Source of the DNA: Cyanophora paradoxa CCMP329
Lineage: Eukaryota > Plantae > Glaucophyta
Reading direction: 5' to 3'
DNA: 64,000 bases
Assembly: GCA_004431415.1 (NCBI GenBank)
Contig: QPMI01000484.1
Coordinates: 202,437 to 266,436 of the forward strand
The notes beneath the pieces are model-generated. The model saw only the letters and a list, made by a program, of their open reading frames with translations, was not told the DNA's origin and searched no databases. The position numbers and the translations under genes were made by a program. Of this stretch, positions 60,303-64,000 are shown one piece after another. Position 1 is the stretch's first letter, and every line of letters begins with the position of its first letter.

Positions 60303-61307
60303 ATGTCAACTGTATTCACGCCTGTGTTTCTTTGAGTGCAAGTGCTGTCCATAATGTCCAACACACAGTCTATGATTTATCTCCGAGCCATCCTTCGACT
60401 GAGACAGCGAAAACCGATTCTTTTAATGACCAAAGCATACTCAGAGTCAAAGAACTCAGAGCTGACAAGATTGATGGACTCGTTAAAGCTACTCAAATGA
60501 TCGTATCTAATCGACCGCAATATCTTCGGGGCTGGTCACCAAAGAAATCTATATGAAGGTCAACAGGATTCCAAAACGGCTTTTAATCCGGCTGATAGGA
60601 ATTCGGCGGCTTTTCAAGTTTACAGTGGCGGGGCATGGATTGGGACTGGACTTGGAGTGAATGGGAATGCAACAGTGAGCGGGAATGCAACAGTTACTGG
60701 AAGCCTTACAGCTGGATCATTTGGGACAGTTAAAACGACGACTATTGATTCTGGGGCAAATACAGAGTTGGTGATCAAGCGAAATAATGAGAATATCGCT
60801 TCTACTTTCACAGCATCACACACTAATGCAACAGGTGGGGCAGTTGCAGGAACTTATAGCTGGAAAGGTCTCACTATTAATGGACTAATTCCTATCTTGC
60901 ACTTCCTAATCATCCCCGGTTTTGTGTTGGTGTTTCTGGAACTGTAACTGGTGCGGCTTATATTGGAGCCTATGGGCATACATTTCTAAACCATGGAAAT
61001 CACGTAAATGTTTCCACAGGTTACTTCACAGCTCCTGTGTCAGGTCATTACAGATTCGTGTTCACTGGCGTAACAAGTCTAAATAATGTTGATACATATG
61101 TAGCATAATGATGGGCCTCCTAATGGTAAAAATCTCGATGGTTATACATCAGCGTTAGGAACGAACTATCATAGAACTATATGCTTGAATGTCATTGTAG
61201 CAATGTATGCTGGTGACACAGGAAGGTTATATGTTGGAGGAACAATTATGGGAGCTGTTGGAACAGCAAATTGTCAATGGTCGGGTGAATTAATTTCTGC
61301 TTCGTAA
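60303..61307 (+). CDS. Fibre-like protein with C-terminal C1q/TNF-like head, frameshifted
   Basis: LGVNGNATVSGNATVTGSLT shaft; NHGNHVNVSTGYFTAPVSGHYRFVF...VAMYAGDTGRLYV...WSGELIS is a C1q-type signature. Confidence 0.6.
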
Positions 61308-61315
61308 GTAAAAGA

Positions 61316-61577
61316 ATGTCGAACATCTACCAAGTGGTTCTAACTGATACTGAAAAACTCGGAATGGAATACTGTGCCTACTCTGTTCAGGATTGGATCG
61401 ATAATGCGGCTCATAATCGGGCGAGAATCGCGATTGATGAGATTGTGGACAAAGAAGTTAAATCGTGTATTGGTGCTGGAATTCCGATTCCACTCACAAA
61501 GGAAGCGATTGTAGAGCAAGCATTTAATCGGGACTGTTCGAAAGGCAAGCGAAATTCCTGTGAGTGCTCCTATGTAA
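61316..61577 (+). CDS. Small phage-like protein (possible fibre chaperone); probable frameshift near 61530
   Basis: LTDTEKLGMEY...QDWIDNAAHNRARIAIDEIV resembles small proteins next to fibre genes in uncultured tailed phages (recalled, not searched). Confidence 0.5.
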
Positions 61578-61636
61578 AGAATTCGAAGAATGAGAGATGG
61601 TTTATTGTTATTTTTCATAGATCATGCATAAGAAAG

Positions 61637-62117
61637 GCATGTATCTTGCATAGTGGGCGGGCGCGAGTGGTTCCAGTACATTTCGATTGAGTTCGCAAGT
61701 TTGTGCAGGTGGGCATTTCGGCATGCTTGCAGATGCACAAACTTGCGAACGCAATCGATCTCGTACTTATCATCGTACTCTCTCAGTGGGGTTCACCTCG
61801 GTTTTCTTTTTGGATTACTGAAAACAGTCCGGCAACGATCGGGAACATTTCGTAATAATGGGGTCTTACTGTGCCTTACTGAGAGATCGGGGGACGGGTT
61901 TAGGGCTTACTGAGAATGGTAAGAGATCGGAGAGAAGATGAAATGTAGGTTTTCGTGATTGGTTTTAGTAAGGATGCATGAGAGGTTTATAAAAGACAGT
62001 GTGGCTCAGTGCGGAATAGAGCGATTTTATTAATTTGTGACTGAGAATAAAGGATGGTTTATATTTGCTCACTGAAATAGGTCGGCGGGAATTAGTGGGG
62101 TTCACCTCCCAGCGAGC
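61637..62117 (-). repeat. Right terminal inverted repeat (481 bp)
   Basis: Reverse complement of 38245-38727, followed by TSD CGGCAG. Confidence 0.97.
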
Positions 62118-63065
62118 CGGCAGATTTAGACTGTCGGTCCACATCATCTGGATCTTAGTTAAACGTTCCTGCCCGCGGCCGTGCACGCGGCAGGGCGATT
62201 ACGAAAATCAAGATCTACGTGTCAGATATCCGGAAATTCGGACGCACGGAAGACTAGTGTTGCAGAAGCAGCTCAGCTTTGCATACCGTAGTACGTTTGC
62301 CGCCTGTGCGATGGATAATCTAAGGACCCTGGTTTTTCCTGCGTGGCCCCAATGGTAGACCCTAGACGACACCACAGCGAGAGGTTTTCCTGGTAAAGTG
62401 GGCGCCCGTCTGTCGCTCTCTGATGCGGGTAATGGCAGTACGTGTCTCCCCCGAACTCCACCAGCGTCGGCTCGATCGCGTGCGACAAGCAGTTGCAAAG
62501 CTTGGTCCCGTCCGCGAGCGTCGTCCTCTCCAAATTGAAGCAAAAGTCCCTCTCGCAGTAGAGCTTGCTGGACCGTACGGCGCGGACATACGACACACCC
62601 GGGAGGTCACTGCTGGAGAGGGCTCCGCACTGACACGTGGGCACTTTTGTGCCGCTGACGTCGGTGGTGAGCGGCACGGGCTCGAGGGCGGGGCAGAAGT
62701 CGATCCAGAGATGCAGTAAATAGAGTGCACGGAGAAATCGTACGCGTCGACGTCCCGAGCGCGTCAGATTGATATTCCGAACCAAGGCAAGCTGAGCCTG
62801 TAACCTCCCGTTCGCTATTCTCATTTAGATACGCAACCGCGTTATCATACTTGGTTACATAGACCGATCGACCTCCGGCGTTCACGCATTCGGGCCTTCA
62901 TTGCATGGTCCGCGACCGCATATTCCGAACATAACCGCTCGTGCTCGTCGTGTTGATCCACTGCGGCACGGTGCACAGCTGTGCGCTCGAGCTCGCCAGC
63001 TCGAAGCGGACGACGGAGCTGGCGGCGAGGACCGCCAGCAGCGCGGCGAAGAGCGTGCCGCGCAT
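62118..63065 (-). CDS. 5' half of the host Cys-rich secreted protein gene (signal peptide) interrupted by the element
   Basis: The ATG at 63065 gives MRGTLFAALLAVLAASSVVRFELASSSAQLC (signal peptide-like). Downstream exons DFCPALEP...PTCQCG...LYCERDFCF...LCNC...YCHYP. Confidence 0.55.
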
Positions 63066-64000
63066 ATCGTGTCACAGTGTCCGTGCCGACCTCAGGAATC
63101 CGCTGCTGCTGCTGCTGCTGCTGACTCAGTGATGCTGGCAGCCTGCTGCTCCGGCGCCGCCGCCGGCGCTAGAGGATGGCACTAGTACTCAGGATGCCCT
63201 ACTAGGCGAGGCTAGCGCTGCTGCGGCAGTGCTGGCGTACACGTACGCGTATACTGCAGTACTATGATATGAGCCACTCGCAAATGAACTTCGGCTTCGG
63301 AAGTATACGCCGTGACGTATGCTGGGCATTGCTGGCCCATTGCTGGGGGGGCGAGCTTCGAGCCTTCGAATTCGAGGCTTCGACTCAGGCTCGCCTAAGA
63401 GTCGCGGACGAGCGGGCCTTGCCGGCCCTTGCGGGCCCGGCCCAAGTTGCCAAGTTGCGGCCCGGCGGGATGAGGCCGCAGGTTCTACAGGAAGTATTTC
63501 TGGATGAACTTTCTGGTAGAGTACTACTAAAAGTAGTCGACGTCAGTGGTAGTCAGTGTACTACTAGTAGTCGACGTCACTGACTCAGTATAATTACTAA
63601 AATTAGTCAGCGCCGACTCAGCGGCCCGGCCGCGGGCCGCGGCTGCAGCTGGCCGTGCGGCCCGTGCCGCCGTCGGCGCCGGCCCGCCGACGCCGCCGCC
63701 GCGGGCAGGCCTACCGCGGCGCCGCGGCGGCGGCGGGCAGGCGCTAGGGCTGTCGTCAGTCACTGACAGTCACAGTCAGAGGGTCTGACTGACCTCACTG
63801 GGTCAGCTTTTGGCTGACTGCCGTTTTCTCAGTCCCATACAAACCCTGCTGGCCCCCTGCGGCTTTTCCATCTAAAGCTGACGTAGGTCGATTAAAAAAT
63901 GATCTTCTGTCGTCGAACTTCCGAAATCTTCAAGAAACCGCCATGTGCATGGTAAGAGGCTAATGGAGTTTGACGTGCGCCTGGCGGGGCCGAATCTCCT

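Larger units (their letters stand above)
38245..62117. mobile_element. Complete endogenous Polinton-like virus / Maverick-like element, 23,873 bp
   Basis: TIRs 38245-38727 and 61637-62117; 6-bp TSD CGGCAG at 38239-38244 and 62118-62123; rve integrase, A32-like ATPase, DJR major capsid, two penton-like genes, PolB-derived replicase; gene-dense, no evident introns, markedly lower GC than the host. Confidence 0.96.

Noticed and set aside
54700-61600. Programmed ribosomal frameshifting in the fibre genes
   Set aside because: There are too many shifts, no consistent slippery heptamer, and the same single-base losses occur in the non-coding right TIR.
38245-62117. Classification as a virophage (Lavidaviridae) or canonical Polinton
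   Set aside because: No adenain-like maturation protease was recognised and the replicase is not a stand-alone pPolB, so PLV is the safer label pending phylogeny.
38778-62117. Bacterial or phage contamination or chimeric assembly explaining the prokaryote-like genes
   Set aside because: The genes lie between matching TIRs with a perfect TSD in eukaryotic flanks, interleaved with PLV core genes.
63500-63820. TCAGTCAC/CTGACT-rich stretch as a structured repeat array
   Set aside because: Irregular low-complexity sequence with no definable unit or boundary.

Overview
Eukaryotic genomic DNA from a very GC-rich, intron-dense organism (probably a protist or alga; the species cannot be read from the sequence). 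The left 38 kb is host sequence: mitochondrial-type uL22, PIG-Q/GPI1, DPH6 with RidA-like C-terminal domains, a 1.86-kb non-autonomous CAC-terminal DNA transposon with a 3-bp TSD, an LRR-like gene, and two head-to-head ~9-10 kb paralogous genes for a soluble adenylate cyclase-like protein (two class III cyclase domains, STAND NTPase, helical repeats). The main feature is a complete 23,873-bp endogenous Polinton-like virus (PLV) at 38245-62117. It has ~480-bp terminal inverted repeats (TIRs) and a 6-bp target-site duplication (CGGCAG), is much more AT-rich than the host, shows no evident introns, and sits inside a host gene for a Cys-rich secreted protein. Its core genes are an rve integrase with D,D(35)N, an A32-like packaging ATPase, a double-jelly-roll major capsid protein and two head-to-head penton-like genes. 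It also encodes an unusual 1438-aa replicase (putative OTU-like protease, PolB palm, SF1 helicase, HNH-like nuclease), an adenine methyltransferase and an S-adenosylmethionine decarboxylase flanking a 1.4-kb repeat-rich non-coding region, a patatin-discoidin fusion, and a frameshifted phage-like fibre module (H-type-lectin-like repeats, a transmembrane anchor, a C1q-like head). All protein assignments come from motif recognition by eye, not database searches.
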